64,000 bases of DNA, from NCBI GenBank assembly GCA_900659855.1, contig CAACVI010000045.1, positions 60,985 to 124,984 on the forward strand. The letters are read 5' to 3'. The notes under the pieces are model-generated. The model saw only the letters and a program-made list of their open reading frames with translations, did no database searches and was not told where the DNA came from. Position 1 is the stretch's first letter; each line of letters starts with the position of its first letter. Positions 36,526-45,812 of this stretch are shown piece by piece. Source of the DNA: Candidatus Desulfarcum epimagneticum. Its GTDB lineage: Bacteria > Desulfobacterota > Desulfobacteria > Desulfobacterales > CR-1. Position numbers and translations under genes: made by a program.

Positions 36526-37515
36526 ATGACCATTCAAAAAATCATCACGGCGGCGCTGATTCTGGCCTTTTCCTGGACCGCCCCCGACGCCCCGGCCCAG
36601 GCAAAAGACCCGATTAAAAAACAGGCCCCGAATCAGGCGAAAAAAGCGAAACCCGCCGTCCTGGCCACCGTCAACGGCGCCCCCGTCTCCCGCGAGAGCT
36701 ATGACTACTTATTGACCCAGATCACCCAGGGAGAGAAAATCGCGGATCCGGCGCGCCTTTCAAAGATCAGGGAAAAAGTCATGGACCATCTCATCGTCCG
36801 GGAGCTGCTTTTCGCCCAAAGCGTCAAACAAAACATCAAAATCTCAGACCCGGAAACGGAGCAAAAAATAAAAGAGATGGAGAACATGAGCGGGGAAACT
36901 CTGGAGGATCATCTCAAGTCCAGGGGAATCTCCCGCGAGTTTCTCAAACATTTTTTCACCCGCTCCATGGCCATCGAAAGGCTCATCAAGCAAGACATCA
37001 TCCCAGGCGTGACCGTTCCGGAAAAGGAGGTCCGGGAGCTTTACGACCGATACCCCGAGATATCCGTGTCTCCTGAAAGGGTCCGCGCCAGCCATATCCT
37101 GATCCAGTCAGGCCCCCACGACTCCCAGGCGGCGCTGGAAAAGATACGGGGAATCCGGGAAGAGCTGAGAAAAGGCGCCGACTTCGCCGGGCTGGCCCGG
37201 AAACATTCCCAGTGCCCCAGCGGCAAAAAAGGGGGGGACCTGGATTTTTTCACCCAGGGCCAGATGGCCAGGCCCTTTTCCAAAGCGGCCTTCAGCTTAA
37301 AGCCCGGGGAGATCAGCGACATTGTGAAAACCCGCTTCGGGTACCATATCATCAAGGCGACGGACCGAAAGCCGGCTTCAAAGATGGGCTTTGAAGATAT
37401 AAAAGACAGAGTCTCGGGATTTTTGAAACAAAAAAAAGAGTACGAAGCCATTGAAGCCTACGGACAAAGGCTCAAAGAAAAAGCCGACATCCGCCGAATG
37501 GACCGGACGGATTAA
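36526..37515 (+). CDS. Periplasmic peptidyl-prolyl cis-trans isomerase, parvulin type (SurA/PpiD-like)
   Basis: Signal peptide. Parvulin core ASHILIQ...GADFAGLARKHSQCPSGKKGGDLDFF...FGYHIIKA. Confidence 0.88.
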   Translation: MTIQKIITAALILAFSWTAPDAPAQAKDPIKKQAPNQAKKAKPAVLATVNGAPVSRESYDYLLTQITQGEKIADPARLSKIREKVMDHLIVRELLFAQSVKQNIKISDPETEQKIKEMENMSGETLEDHLKSRGISREFLKHFFTRSMAIERLIKQDIIPGVTVPEKEVRELYDRYPEISVSPERVRASHILIQSGPHDSQAALEKIRGIREELRKGADFAGLARKHSQCPSGKKGGDLDFFTQGQMARPFSKAAFSLKPGEISDIVKTRFGYHIIKATDRKPASKMGFEDIKDRVSGFLKQKKEYEAIEAYGQRLKEKADIRRMDRTD

Positions 37516-37521
37516 ACGCCC

Positions 37522-37797
37522 TTATGGGGACGGGGGCCGAAGCTCCGCCACGGTGGCGCCCCAGCCCCCGGCCTGGGGCGGCGCGTGGCCATACGACCTC
37601 ACGGCGGGATGCTGTTCTAAAAACGCCCATGTCCGGCGTCTCTGGACCCCCTTTCCCTTCCCGTGGATGATCCGGACGCGAAAAATCTCCTTTTTCAGGC
37701 ATTCGGAGATATACTCGGAAAGAAGATCCGGGATATCCCGGGGATGAAAAAAGTGAAGGTCCAGGACATCCCTGATCGGAATTTTGACAGGCTCCAT
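37522..37797 (-). CDS. Smr domain protein
   Basis: LDLHFF....RIIHGKGKG is an Smr signature. 91 aa. Confidence 0.75.
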   Translation of the reverse strand: MEPVKIPIRDVLDLHFFHPRDIPDLLSEYISECLKKEIFRVRIIHGKGKGVQRRRTWAFLEQHPAVRSYGHAPPQAGGWGATVAELRPPSP

Positions 37798-37804
37798 TTC
37801 CGCC

Positions 37805-38647
37805 TCAACCCCGCCCCGGCGACTCTATTTTTTTCACCACCCGCTCAATGATCCAGTCGGGAGTGGACGCCCCGGCGGTGACGCAGACATTCCGGCGTCC
37901 TTCCACGGCGGAAGGGTCCAGTTCGGCCTCGGTTTCGATGTGGCGGGCGGGTTTTCCCGACTCCCGGGCGACCTCGGCCAGACGCCGGGTGTTGCCGCTG
38001 TTCTTCCCGCCCACGACAACGAATATATCGGCGCGCCGGGCCATGTCCCGCACCTCGTTCTGCCTTCGGGCGGTGGAATGGCAGATGGTGTCAAAAATTT
38101 TGTAATGGGGGCGGCGCCCGGCGGCCCATTTTTTGATTTGATCGTAAAATTCAATATTCTGGGTGGTCTGGGCCACAATGATGGCCTTTTCAAAGACGGG
38201 AAGGGATTTGACGCTCTCAAGGGAGTCGATGACATGGCCCTGTCCGTCGGAATATCCCAGAAGCCCCGACACCTCGGGATGGTCCCGGTCTCCGGCGATG
38301 ATGGCGGCGTGTCCCCGGGCCGCGTGTGTCTCGATGATGGTCTGGACTTTGATGACCCGGGGGCAGGTGGCGTCCACAATATTGAAACCGGCCCGCGAAA
38401 GGCGCTCCCGGGTTTGGGGGGGAACGCCGTGGGCCCGGATAATCACAGCCCCCGATCCTTTCTTCGGGATGTCGTCCAAAACCCGAACGCCCCGTTCCTT
38501 CAAAAATTCAAGGACCTGGGAATTATGAATCAGGGGGCCGAAGGAGCGCGCCGTCCCGCCGTGTTTTTCGACCGTTTCAAGGGCGAGGTCCACGGCCCGG
38601 CGGACGCCCATGCAAAAGCCCGCTGTTTTCGCCACGCGTATATTCAT
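37805..38647 (-). CDS. ispH: 4-hydroxy-3-methylbut-2-enyl diphosphate reductase
   Basis: GFCMGVRRAV, LIHN, DATCP and VVGGKNSGNT motifs. 280 aa. Confidence 0.93.
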   Translation of the reverse strand: MNIRVAKTAGFCMGVRRAVDLALETVEKHGGTARSFGPLIHNSQVLEFLKERGVRVLDDIPKKGSGAVIIRAHGVPPQTRERLSRAGFNIVDATCPRVIKVQTIIETHAARGHAAIIAGDRDHPEVSGLLGYSDGQGHVIDSLESVKSLPVFEKAIIVAQTTQNIEFYDQIKKWAAGRRPHYKIFDTICHSTARRQNEVRDMARRADIFVVVGGKNSGNTRRLAEVARESGKPARHIETEAELDPSAVEGRRNVCVTAGASTPDWIIERVVKKIESPGRG

Positions 38648-38674
38648 GCGCTCAAAAGGGCCGTTTTTTTTCTT

Positions 38675-38869
38675 TCAAGCGCCCCTCTCTTTGAGAATCA
38701 CCCGGTGGTCCACCAGGGAAAGGGAGAAAATTTCGGCGTTTAAAAATTTCTGCTCCCCGAAAATATTTTTGATCAAAATCCCCCCCTCCTCGGGCTCCAT
38801 CGTGTCCACCGCCTCCATCACCAAAACCTCATCCTCGCCTTTCAGCAGATAAGCGTTTGCCTCGCACAT
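38675..38869 (-). CDS. CooT-family small protein (PF10133-like)
   Basis: MCEANAYLLKGEDEVLVMEAVDTMEPEEGGILIKNIFGEQK matches the CooT-like pattern with N-terminal Cys2. Confidence 0.7.
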   Translation of the reverse strand: MCEANAYLLKGEDEVLVMEAVDTMEPEEGGILIKNIFGEQKFLNAEIFSLSLVDHRVILKERGA

Positions 38870-38883
38870 TTTTTTCCAATCCT

Positions 38884-39036
38884 TTGATGGCGTCGTAAAA
38901 AATCCGATCTACGGCGTTGCGGCGTTTATTTTTAATCGAGGCATACTACATGTATTGCCTCGATTAAAAATAACCACTGCGCCTTGTATATCGAATTTTT
39001 AACTTAGCCATCCCAATTTTTTTACGAGTTTATCAA
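38884..39036. mobile_element. MITE-like element family 1, composite copy (about 153 bp)
   Basis: Starts with TTGATGGCGTCGTAAAAAATCCGATCTAC and ends with TTTTTTTACGAGTTTATCAA (imperfect inverse). Internal perfect hairpin TTTTTAATCGAGGCA...TGCCTCGATTAAAAA. Confidence 0.7.
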
Positions 39037-39060
39037 TCCTTTGTCAAACAGGTTTTTTCA

Positions 39061-39471
39061 CTAAAAATCTTTTAAATGCTCTTCAATCAAAAGGTCAATA
39101 AGACGCGGCAGGGGCATGCCCGAGACGCCGATGATCTCCACATTCTCCCGCGCAAGGGGGATAAGAAGCTTTCGGGCCGGGCTCAGCGCCACGGCCTCGG
39201 CGATCCCCGGGGTCACCTCCCCCATCATGGCGTGCGCCATCATCACGCTCATGGGCCCGATGATCACATCGACCTTTTTCACGGTCTGGACAATGGCGTT
39301 TTCCCCTGTGGCGCCCCGGTTGGCCTTTGCTTTGATCATGGTGGCCGTGGCGATGGCGTTCGTGCCCAGCGCGATGATGGCCACCTCCTCGCCGAAGCGC
39401 TCCTTGAGTTTTTTAATGGCCGCGCTTCCCATGCCGCCGCCCTGCCCGTCTATGACGCATATGGATTTCAT
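39061..39471 (-). CDS. DUF3842 family protein
   Basis: MKSICVIDGQGGGMGSAAIKKLKERF...IIALGTNAIATATMIKAKANRGATGENAIV is typical of DUF3842. Start moved to the internal ATG, 1 nt after the upstream stop. Confidence 0.75.
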   Translation of the reverse strand: MKSICVIDGQGGGMGSAAIKKLKERFGEEVAIIALGTNAIATATMIKAKANRGATGENAIVQTVKKVDVIIGPMSVMMAHAMMGEVTPGIAEAVALSPARKLLIPLARENVEIIGVSGMPLPRLIDLLIEEHLKDF

Positions 39472-39472
39472 G

Positions 39473-39997
39473 TCAAATCTTTCTGATTTTGATTCGATTC
39501 CGCCGCATTCTTTTTGAAAGACGCCGGCCCGGGCCTTTTTTTCTTTTCCGCGCCACGCGCCCGGCGGCGCCATTCTCGTCTTCCGATCCGTCAAAAAGGA
39601 CGCGCGCCACGCGCGCCTCAAAGCGCCGGCTCCTGATGGTGGCCGATCCCTTTGAGGCGGCGAAATCGGACACGGCCCGGTCCGAGCTGACCACCAGCGC
39701 CCTTTCCTGATCGGCCGAGGACATTCGCATAATCACGGAATCGGCGCTCTCTCCCTTTCGGGAAAAAACCACGTCAACGCCCCGGACGCGGTCCCGGCGG
39801 GGCATAAAGCCCGGGGCGCGGGTCCCGTCAAAGACCACGGTGATGTCGTGGGACCTGATTTCCCGGTACCGGGAAAGAAAATCAATGAGCCCATCCCTTT
39901 CCTTCCGGATGTCCCCGCCGCCGTCTTCCAGGAAACGGGAGCGGCGAATCATGTTGTAGCCGTCGATGATAATATGAATGGACAAAACGCCCCTCAA
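39473..39997 (-). CDS. NYN-domain (YacP/Rae1-like) predicted ribonuclease
   Basis: IIIDGYNMI...VVFDG...VVFS...ADSVI...VVSSDR matches the YacP-like NYN pattern. 4-nt overlap with the parB stop. Confidence 0.75.
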   Translation of the reverse strand: MRGVLSIHIIIDGYNMIRRSRFLEDGGGDIRKERDGLIDFLSRYREIRSHDITVVFDGTRAPGFMPRRDRVRGVDVVFSRKGESADSVIMRMSSADQERALVVSSDRAVSDFAASKGSATIRSRRFEARVARVLFDGSEDENGAAGRVARKRKKGPGRRLSKRMRRNRIKIRKI

Positions 39998-40902
39998 TCC
40001 CCTTTAAGCATGCCCAGCAGGCGATCCAGATCATCATCGCTGTAAAAATCAATCTCGAGTCTCCCCTTTTTCCCCCGGCGCCGGATCTGGACCCGGGCCC
40101 CGAAATGGCGGGAAAGGTCCTCGGCCACGCGGGAGAAATAGATCTGATCCGGATTCTTTTCCGTCTTTTTCGGAGCCGGGTCCTCTTTTTTGAGTTTTTT
40201 GACCAAAGCCTCGGTCTGTCTCACCGACAGGCCGCCGGAGACCACCAGACGCCACGCCGCCATTTGAATGGACGGGTCGTCGGCCCCCAAAAGCGCCCGG
40301 GCGTGCCCCATGCCCAGGGAGCCGTCCATCAGGGTCTCGATGATGGGGGCCGGAAGATTTCGCAGCCTTAAAAAATTGGCCACTGTGGAGCGGCTTTTGC
40401 CCACCCGCTCGGCCACCTGCTCCTGGGTGAGATGAAACTCGGACATCAAATGGCCGTACGCCTCGGCCTCCTCAATGGGGTTCAAGTCCTCCCGCTGGAC
40501 ATTCTCCACAATGGAGATCTCCAAAGACGCCTTGTCCGAAAGATTTTTAATCACCGCCGGCACCTTGGAAAGACCGGCCTTCCTGGCGGCCCTCAGACGC
40601 CTTTCCCCGGCGATCAGCTCGTATCCGGACTCTTCTTTTCTCAAAAGAATGGGCTGTATGACGCCCTGCTTTTGGATGGAGCGGGCCAGGGACTCCAGGC
40701 GCTCATCGGAAAATCGTGTCCGGGGCTGGTTTGGATTGGGCCGGATGAGGTCCACGGGGCATTCAAAATATTTTTTTTCCTCATTGTAGGAAGTTCCGGC
40801 CGGGATCAGGGAGTCCAGCCCCCTGCCAAGGGCCTTCTTTTTTCTTTTGGCCCCCGCGGGGCCCTGTGGTGTTTTTGGATTTTTCATCGTGTTGTCTTTC
40901 AT
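39994..40902 (-). CDS. parB: Chromosome partitioning protein ParB
   Basis: GRGLDSLIP, IRPNPNQPR, LIAGERRLRAA ParB-box motifs and an HTH. Confidence 0.93.
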   Translation of the reverse strand: MKDNTMKNPKTPQGPAGAKRKKKALGRGLDSLIPAGTSYNEEKKYFECPVDLIRPNPNQPRTRFSDERLESLARSIQKQGVIQPILLRKEESGYELIAGERRLRAARKAGLSKVPAVIKNLSDKASLEISIVENVQREDLNPIEEAEAYGHLMSEFHLTQEQVAERVGKSRSTVANFLRLRNLPAPIIETLMDGSLGMGHARALLGADDPSIQMAAWRLVVSGGLSVRQTEALVKKLKKEDPAPKKTEKNPDQIYFSRVAEDLSRHFGARVQIRRRGKKGRLEIDFYSDDDLDRLLGMLKGD

Positions 40903-40911
40903 GCGCCGAGC

Positions 40912-41679
40912 CTATATCGCTGAGCGGCTGATGAGTTCGCGGGCCAGCTCAAAATAGCTTTGGGCGCCCGCTGAAACCGCGTCATACAAAAGAATGGGTT
41001 TTCCAAAACTCGGCGCTTCGGAAAGCCGGATGTTCCTGGGAATCCTGGCTGAAAAAACCAGGTCTTTAAAATGCCTTTCCGCATCCTCGGCCACCTGGTG
41101 GGACAGGTTGGTGCGTTTGTCGAACATGGTCAGCAAAATGCCCGCGATCTCCAGAACGGGATTGAAGCTTTCGCGTATCCGGTTCATGGTGTGAATCAGC
41201 TGCCCCACCCCTTCCAGAGCGTAGAACTCGCATTGCAGGGGCACCAGCATGAAATCCGACGCGGTCAGGGCGTTCACCGTCAAAAGGCTCAATGAGGGCG
41301 GACAGTCGATGATGATATACTCAAAAGAGTCCCTGGCCCCGCCGATAAACCGGCGAAGGGCCGACTCGGACTCGGACTCGGCCATCATCTCCACCTCAAA
41401 GCCGATCAGCTCCACCCGGGAGGGGATAAGCTTCAATGTGTCGATTTCGGTGTCCACGATAATGTCCGCCAGGTCCCGCTCCCCGATGAGGCCGTGGTAC
41501 AGGGAGTTTTCCAGCCTCGTTTTGTCGATTCCAAGGCCCGTGGTGGCGTTGGCCTGGGGATCGCAGTCCACCAGGAGGGTTTTTTTTTCAGAAACGGCCA
41601 GGGCCGCGGAAAGGTTGATGGCCGTGGTGGTTTTCCCCACGCCCCCTTTCTGATTTGTGACACAGATGGTTTTAGACAT
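40912..41679 (-). CDS. parA: Chromosome partitioning ATPase ParA/Soj
   Basis: The internal ATG gives MSKTICVTNQKGGVGKTTT (deviant Walker A). 255 aa. Confidence 0.93.
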   Translation of the reverse strand: MSKTICVTNQKGGVGKTTTAINLSAALAVSEKKTLLVDCDPQANATTGLGIDKTRLENSLYHGLIGERDLADIIVDTEIDTLKLIPSRVELIGFEVEMMAESESESALRRFIGGARDSFEYIIIDCPPSLSLLTVNALTASDFMLVPLQCEFYALEGVGQLIHTMNRIRESFNPVLEIAGILLTMFDKRTNLSHQVAEDAERHFKDLVFSARIPRNIRLSEAPSFGKPILLYDAVSAGAQSYFELARELISRSAI

Positions 41680-41763
41680 GCAAAAGGCATTAGCATAAAA
41701 ATTATTGTTTGAAAAGGATATAAAAAAAGGATATGAAAACGTAAAAATCCTATAGGAGGACAT

Positions 41764-43290
41764 ATGACCCTGATTCGGAAGAAAATGGCGGGCGCCCTGG
41801 CCGGAATTTTTGTCTGCGCCGCCTTGACGGTCCTGGCGGCGCCGGGCCTTTCCATGGCCATCACCGCGGGCGAAGAGGAGAAAATCGCCGAAAAATTCTT
41901 AAAAATCGTAAAAGCGCATTTTGAAATCATCGACGATCCTTTTATCGCCGACTACATCTCCGGAACCGGAAACAAAATTTTATCGACTTTTCCCAAAAAG
42001 GCCTTTGATTACCATTTTTACGTCATCAAAGAAAACAGTTACAACGCCTTCGCCATGCCTGCGGGGCACATCTTCATCAACAGCGGCCTCATCGCGGCAA
42101 TGGAAAATGAGAATGAGCTGGCGGGAATCCTTTCCCATGAAATCGCCCATGTCCAGCTCCGCCATATCTCCCAAAGCATCGAGAGGGGGTCCAAAGTGTC
42201 GCTCCTCACCGCCGCCGGGCTGCTCGCCGGCATTTTCCTGGGGCCGGGAATGGGGGCGGCGGCGTCAAACGCCCTGGCCGTCGGGTCTTTGGCCGCCGGT
42301 CATTCCATCATGCTGGCCCACAGCCGGGAACACGAGGTCCAGGCGGACCAGATCGGCCTTAAATACCTGATGAAAGCCGGCTACAGCGGCGCCGGACTTT
42401 TGACCATCTTAAAAAAAATGCGGGACAAAACATGGTTCGGGCCTGATCATATTCCCGTTTATCTCACCACCCACCCGGCGGTGAAGGACCGCATGGCCTA
42501 CATTGAGACCCAGATGAAGCGCCGGCCTGTCTTGAAAACCCGGCCGGACCACCCGGACTTTGAAAAGGCCAAAACCCGGATCGCCGCGCTTTACGGCGAC
42601 GCCCGCCTGGCCCTGAACCGTTTTAAAAACGACACCCGCAAAGACCCTCAAAACCCCATGGCCCTCTACGGCTACGGCCTGGCCCTGGCCGAGTCCGGCC
42701 AAAACGCCCAGGCCGAGGGGTTTTTTCTCAAAGCCCTTGGGGAAAGGCCCTTTGAGCCGGATATCTTGACCGACCTGGGCCGGGTCTATTATCTTCAGGG
42801 GGATTACGGGCAGGCGCTCAGCGCCCTGGAGGGGGCCCTGGCCATCCGGCCCGGACACATCCAGGCTCTTTTTTTCCTGGCGCGGACCCGCATGGCCATG
42901 AAAGATTACGACGCCGCGCTCGACGCCGTTGAAACCGTGGCGGACCGGCGGCCGGATTACCAAAACGTCCTTTACCTGCTGGGAAAAACACATGGAAAGA
43001 AAGGGGACATGGGAAACGCCCACTACTGGCTGGGTCTTCACCACCGAAAAAAAGAGGAATGGAAAACCGCCATTTTTCATCTGAAACGGGCGCTGGCCGG
43101 CGACTTTTCCGCGGCGAAAAAGGAGAAGATTCAAAAAATGATCGCCGACGCGTCCAAAAAAAAGCGGGAGCGGGAACGGGAGCTGGAGGAGGAAGAGGAG
43201 AGAAAAAAATATCAGACCTGGTCGAAACAGCGGAACTTCATGGTGAAAGTGCCCCGCCCCTGGGTGGCGGATCGAAGGGACGTGGAATAG
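41764..43290 (+). CDS. M48-family Zn-metalloprotease with C-terminal TPR repeats (BepA-like)
   Basis: Signal peptide, [10 protein letters not shown] (HExxH), TPR-like repeats, charged tail. Confidence 0.85.
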   Translation: MTLIRKKMAGALAGIFVCAALTVLAAPGLSMAITAGEEEKIAEKFLKIVKAHFEIIDDPFIADYISGTGNKILSTFPKKAFDYHFYVIKENSYNAFAMPAGHIFINSGLIAAMENENELAGILSHEIAHVQLRHISQSIERGSKVSLLTAAGLLAGIFLGPGMGAAASNALAVGSLAAGHSIMLAHSREHEVQADQIGLKYLMKAGYSGAGLLTILKKMRDKTWFGPDHIPVYLTTHPAVKDRMAYIETQMKRRPVLKTRPDHPDFEKAKTRIAALYGDARLALNRFKNDTRKDPQNPMALYGYGLALAESGQNAQAEGFFLKALGERPFEPDILTDLGRVYYLQGDYGQALSALEGALAIRPGHIQALFFLARTRMAMKDYDAALDAVETVADRRPDYQNVLYLLGKTHGKKGDMGNAHYWLGLHHRKKEEWKTAIFHLKRALAGDFSAAKKEKIQKMIADASKKKRERERELEEEEERKKYQTWSKQRNFMVKVPRPWVADRRDVE

Positions 43291-45254
43291 CCGAACATCC
43301 GCGAAAGCGGGGCCCGGACGAGAATGATCTGGATATCGGACTTGTGGTCGATGGACCCGACCTTCCCGCCCCGGGCGTTGAGATCCCCGATCACCTCGCC
43401 CACGAACGCCTCGGGAACAAACACCTCCACATCCATGATGGGCTCTAAGAAAAAGGGCTCTCCCTTTGACAGCGCCTCCTGGCAGGCCATGGACCCGCTC
43501 ACGGAATAGGCCAGATCCGATCCCAGGGACTCCCGGTATTCCCCGCCCGTCAAAACGGCCTCCACGTCCGTCACCGGGTACCCCATAAGCGCCCCGCTCT
43601 CAAAGGACTCCCGGACCCCCTTTTCAACGGCGCCGACAAACTCCTCGGGCGTCTCGGAGGGGTCGGCCCGGCAGACAAAGCGATTCCCCGCCCCCCTTTC
43701 CAGGGGAGACAGGGCGATGGACACCCGGGCGAAGTGGCGCCGCCCGTTGATCTCACGATCAAAAAAGGCGGACGCCTCGCTTTTGCGGGCCAGGGTTTCC
43801 CGGCGCACCACCTGGGGTTTGCCGGTGTTGACATCAATATTGAACTCCCTTTTCATGCGGCTGACCACCACCTCGATATGCAGCTCCCCCATCCCGGACA
43901 AAAGGGTCTGGCCGGTGTCCGGGTCGATTTTCACCTTCACGGTGGGGTCTTCTTCCATAAATTTTTTAAAAACCGCCTCGATTTTGTCCTGGTCCGCGCG
44001 GGTCTTGGGCTCCACCGCGATGGACATGACCGGATCCTCGAATCTCATTGTTTCCAGAAGCGCGGGACGGGACCGGGCGCAAAGCGTCTCCCCGGTGGAA
44101 GAGTCCTTCAGGCCCACCACTCCCACAATGGCGCCGGCCCCGGCGGCCTGAATCCGCTCCCTTTTGTTGGCGTGCATCTTAAGGATCCGGGACAATTTTT
44201 CATCGCATTTCCGGGACGGATTGTAAACCTGGGAGCCGGCCTTCATCACGCCGCTGTACACCCGCGCATAGGACAGTTTCCGGCCCTCGATCATGGCGAC
44301 CTTAAAAATCAGGGCCGCCAGGGGGGATGAATCCGTGGGGGGAAAGTCGACCTCCTCCCCTGTCTCGGGATCGGCGCCCTTGACCGGGGGGATATCCCCC
44401 GGGCTGGGGAGAAAATGACGGATGGCGTCCAGAAGGGGCTGGATGCCCTTGTTTTTAAGGGCGCTGCCGCAAAGAATGGGCGCCGCTTTCAGGGCGATGG
44501 TCGCCCTTCGAAGCGCCGCGATGATGGCCGCAGGGGTGATCAGATCGTCGGGGGAGTCGGAAAGATACGCCTCCATGAACTCGTCGTCGGCCTCGGCTAA
44601 GGATTCAATGAGCCGCTCACGGGCTTTTTCCGCCTCCTCCATCAAATCGGACGAAATCTCCTTTTCCTCATAAGACTCGCCCAGGGTGTCGTCATCCCAC
44701 ACGATCTCTTTCATGAAGATAAGATCAATGACCCCGGAAAAATGGTCTTCCAGGCCGACGGGAATTTGCAGGATCAGGGGATTGGCGCCCAGACGCTCTC
44801 TCATCATGTCCACGGCATGGCCGAAATCGGCGCCCACGCGGTCCAGCTTGTTGATAAAGGCGATTTTGGGAACCCGGTACCGGTCCGCCTGGCGCCACAC
44901 GGTCTCTGACTGGGGCTCCACGCCTCCCACGGCGCAAAAAACCCCCACCGCGCCGTCCAGGACTCTCAAGGAGCGCTCCACCTCAATGGTGAAATCCACA
45001 TGCCCCGGGGTGTCGATGATCTGGATGTCGCAGTCTTTCCACCGGCAGGCGGTGACGGCCGAGGTGATGGTGATGCCCCGCTCCTGCTCGTCGGGCATCC
45101 AGTCCATCTGGGCCTCCCCGTCATGAACCTCCCCCAGCTTGTGGGAGCGGCCGGTGTAATAAAGAATCCGCTCGGTGACTGTGGTTTTCCCGGCGTCGAT
45201 GTGGGCGATGACGCCGATGTTTCGGATTTGGTCTATTTTTGATTTCTTACTCAT
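43212..45254 (-). CDS. Elongation factor G family GTPase, divergent paralog (681 aa)
   Basis: The internal ATG gives [37 protein letters not shown] and SALKNKG motifs are present. The domain IV tip is non-canonical ([14 protein letters not shown]). Confidence 0.88.
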   Translation of the reverse strand: MSKKSKIDQIRNIGVIAHIDAGKTTVTERILYYTGRSHKLGEVHDGEAQMDWMPDEQERGITITSAVTACRWKDCDIQIIDTPGHVDFTIEVERSLRVLDGAVGVFCAVGGVEPQSETVWRQADRYRVPKIAFINKLDRVGADFGHAVDMMRERLGANPLILQIPVGLEDHFSGVIDLIFMKEIVWDDDTLGESYEEKEISSDLMEEAEKARERLIESLAEADDEFMEAYLSDSPDDLITPAAIIAALRRATIALKAAPILCGSALKNKGIQPLLDAIRHFLPSPGDIPPVKGADPETGEEVDFPPTDSSPLAALIFKVAMIEGRKLSYARVYSGVMKAGSQVYNPSRKCDEKLSRILKMHANKRERIQAAGAGAIVGVVGLKDSSTGETLCARSRPALLETMRFEDPVMSIAVEPKTRADQDKIEAVFKKFMEEDPTVKVKIDPDTGQTLLSGMGELHIEVVVSRMKREFNIDVNTGKPQVVRRETLARKSEASAFFDREINGRRHFARVSIALSPLERGAGNRFVCRADPSETPEEFVGAVEKGVRESFESGALMGYPVTDVEAVLTGGEYRESLGSDLAYSVSGSMACQEALSKGEPFFLEPIMDVEVFVPEAFVGEVIGDLNARGGKVGSIDHKSDIQIILVRAPLSRMFGYSTSLRSATQGRGTFTMKFRCFDQV

Positions 45255-45343
45255 AAGGCGAACCAGGGCGCGCCGCCCCTCCGGCGAGATGGCGGCCGTT
45301 TTATTTTCCGGCGTTAAACCGGCGTGTCCGAATTGTGTGCCAA

Positions 45344-45500
45344 GGGCTCGCTCAAAAATAACTTTACATTTTGGAAGCCGATTCATCCTGCCTGACCGCG
45401 TTATGAAAACTCGGCGTATCCCGATATGCCTTAAGTTTTCACGCCTTGTCAGACAGGCGACTTAACTCCCAAAATTGTAAACTAATTTTTGAGCGAACCC
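45344..45500. mobile_element. MITE-like element family 2, copy A (157 bp, about 33-bp imperfect terminal inverted repeats)
   Basis: GGGCTCGCTCAAAAATAACTTTACATTTTGGAA ... TCCCAAAATTGTAAACTAATTTTTGAGCGAACCC. About 98 percent identical to 54850..55006. Confidence 0.8.
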
Positions 45501-45607
45501 TAAGGAAAAACGGGCCGGGATTTCATGGGGAAAGGAGTTTTAAAGAATCTTAAGTCGCGGTCTTTTCCATATGAATTTGGTCCATATGGATTTGGTCCAT
45601 TGAATTT

Positions 45608-45684
45608 TGGTGGAGCTGAGGGGGATCGAACCCCTGACCTCATGACTGCCAGTCATGCGCTCTCCCAGCTGAGCTACAGCCCCT
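45608..45684 (-). tRNA. trnA: tRNA-Ala (anticodon GGC)
   Basis: Reverse strand GGGGCTGTAGCTCAGCTGGGAGAGC..., G3:U70 pair, anticodon loop CTGGCAG, encoded CCA. Confidence 0.9.
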
Positions 45685-45767
45685 TTTTTTGGATCGCGTC
45701 TTTACGATCGCGAACGATCATGTGTGGAGACAGCTAACAGGAACCCGCCATTATGTCAATCTTTTTT

Positions 45768-45812
45768 TTGATGGCGTCGTAAAAAATCCGATCTACTGCG
45801 TTGCAGCGCTTA
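45768..45812. repeat. MITE family 1, left-half fragment
   Basis: TTGATGGCGTCGTAAAAAATCCGATCTACTGCGTTGCAGCG... then truncated. It abuts or overlaps the cvpA stop. Confidence 0.65.

Noticed and set aside
45175-45465. ORFs 45175..45465 and 54576..54971 share a 40-aa C-terminal peptide ([38 protein letters not shown])
   Set aside because: The shared peptide is simply the translation of the 157-bp MITE family 2 copies. The upstream parts are unrelated and overlap other genes.
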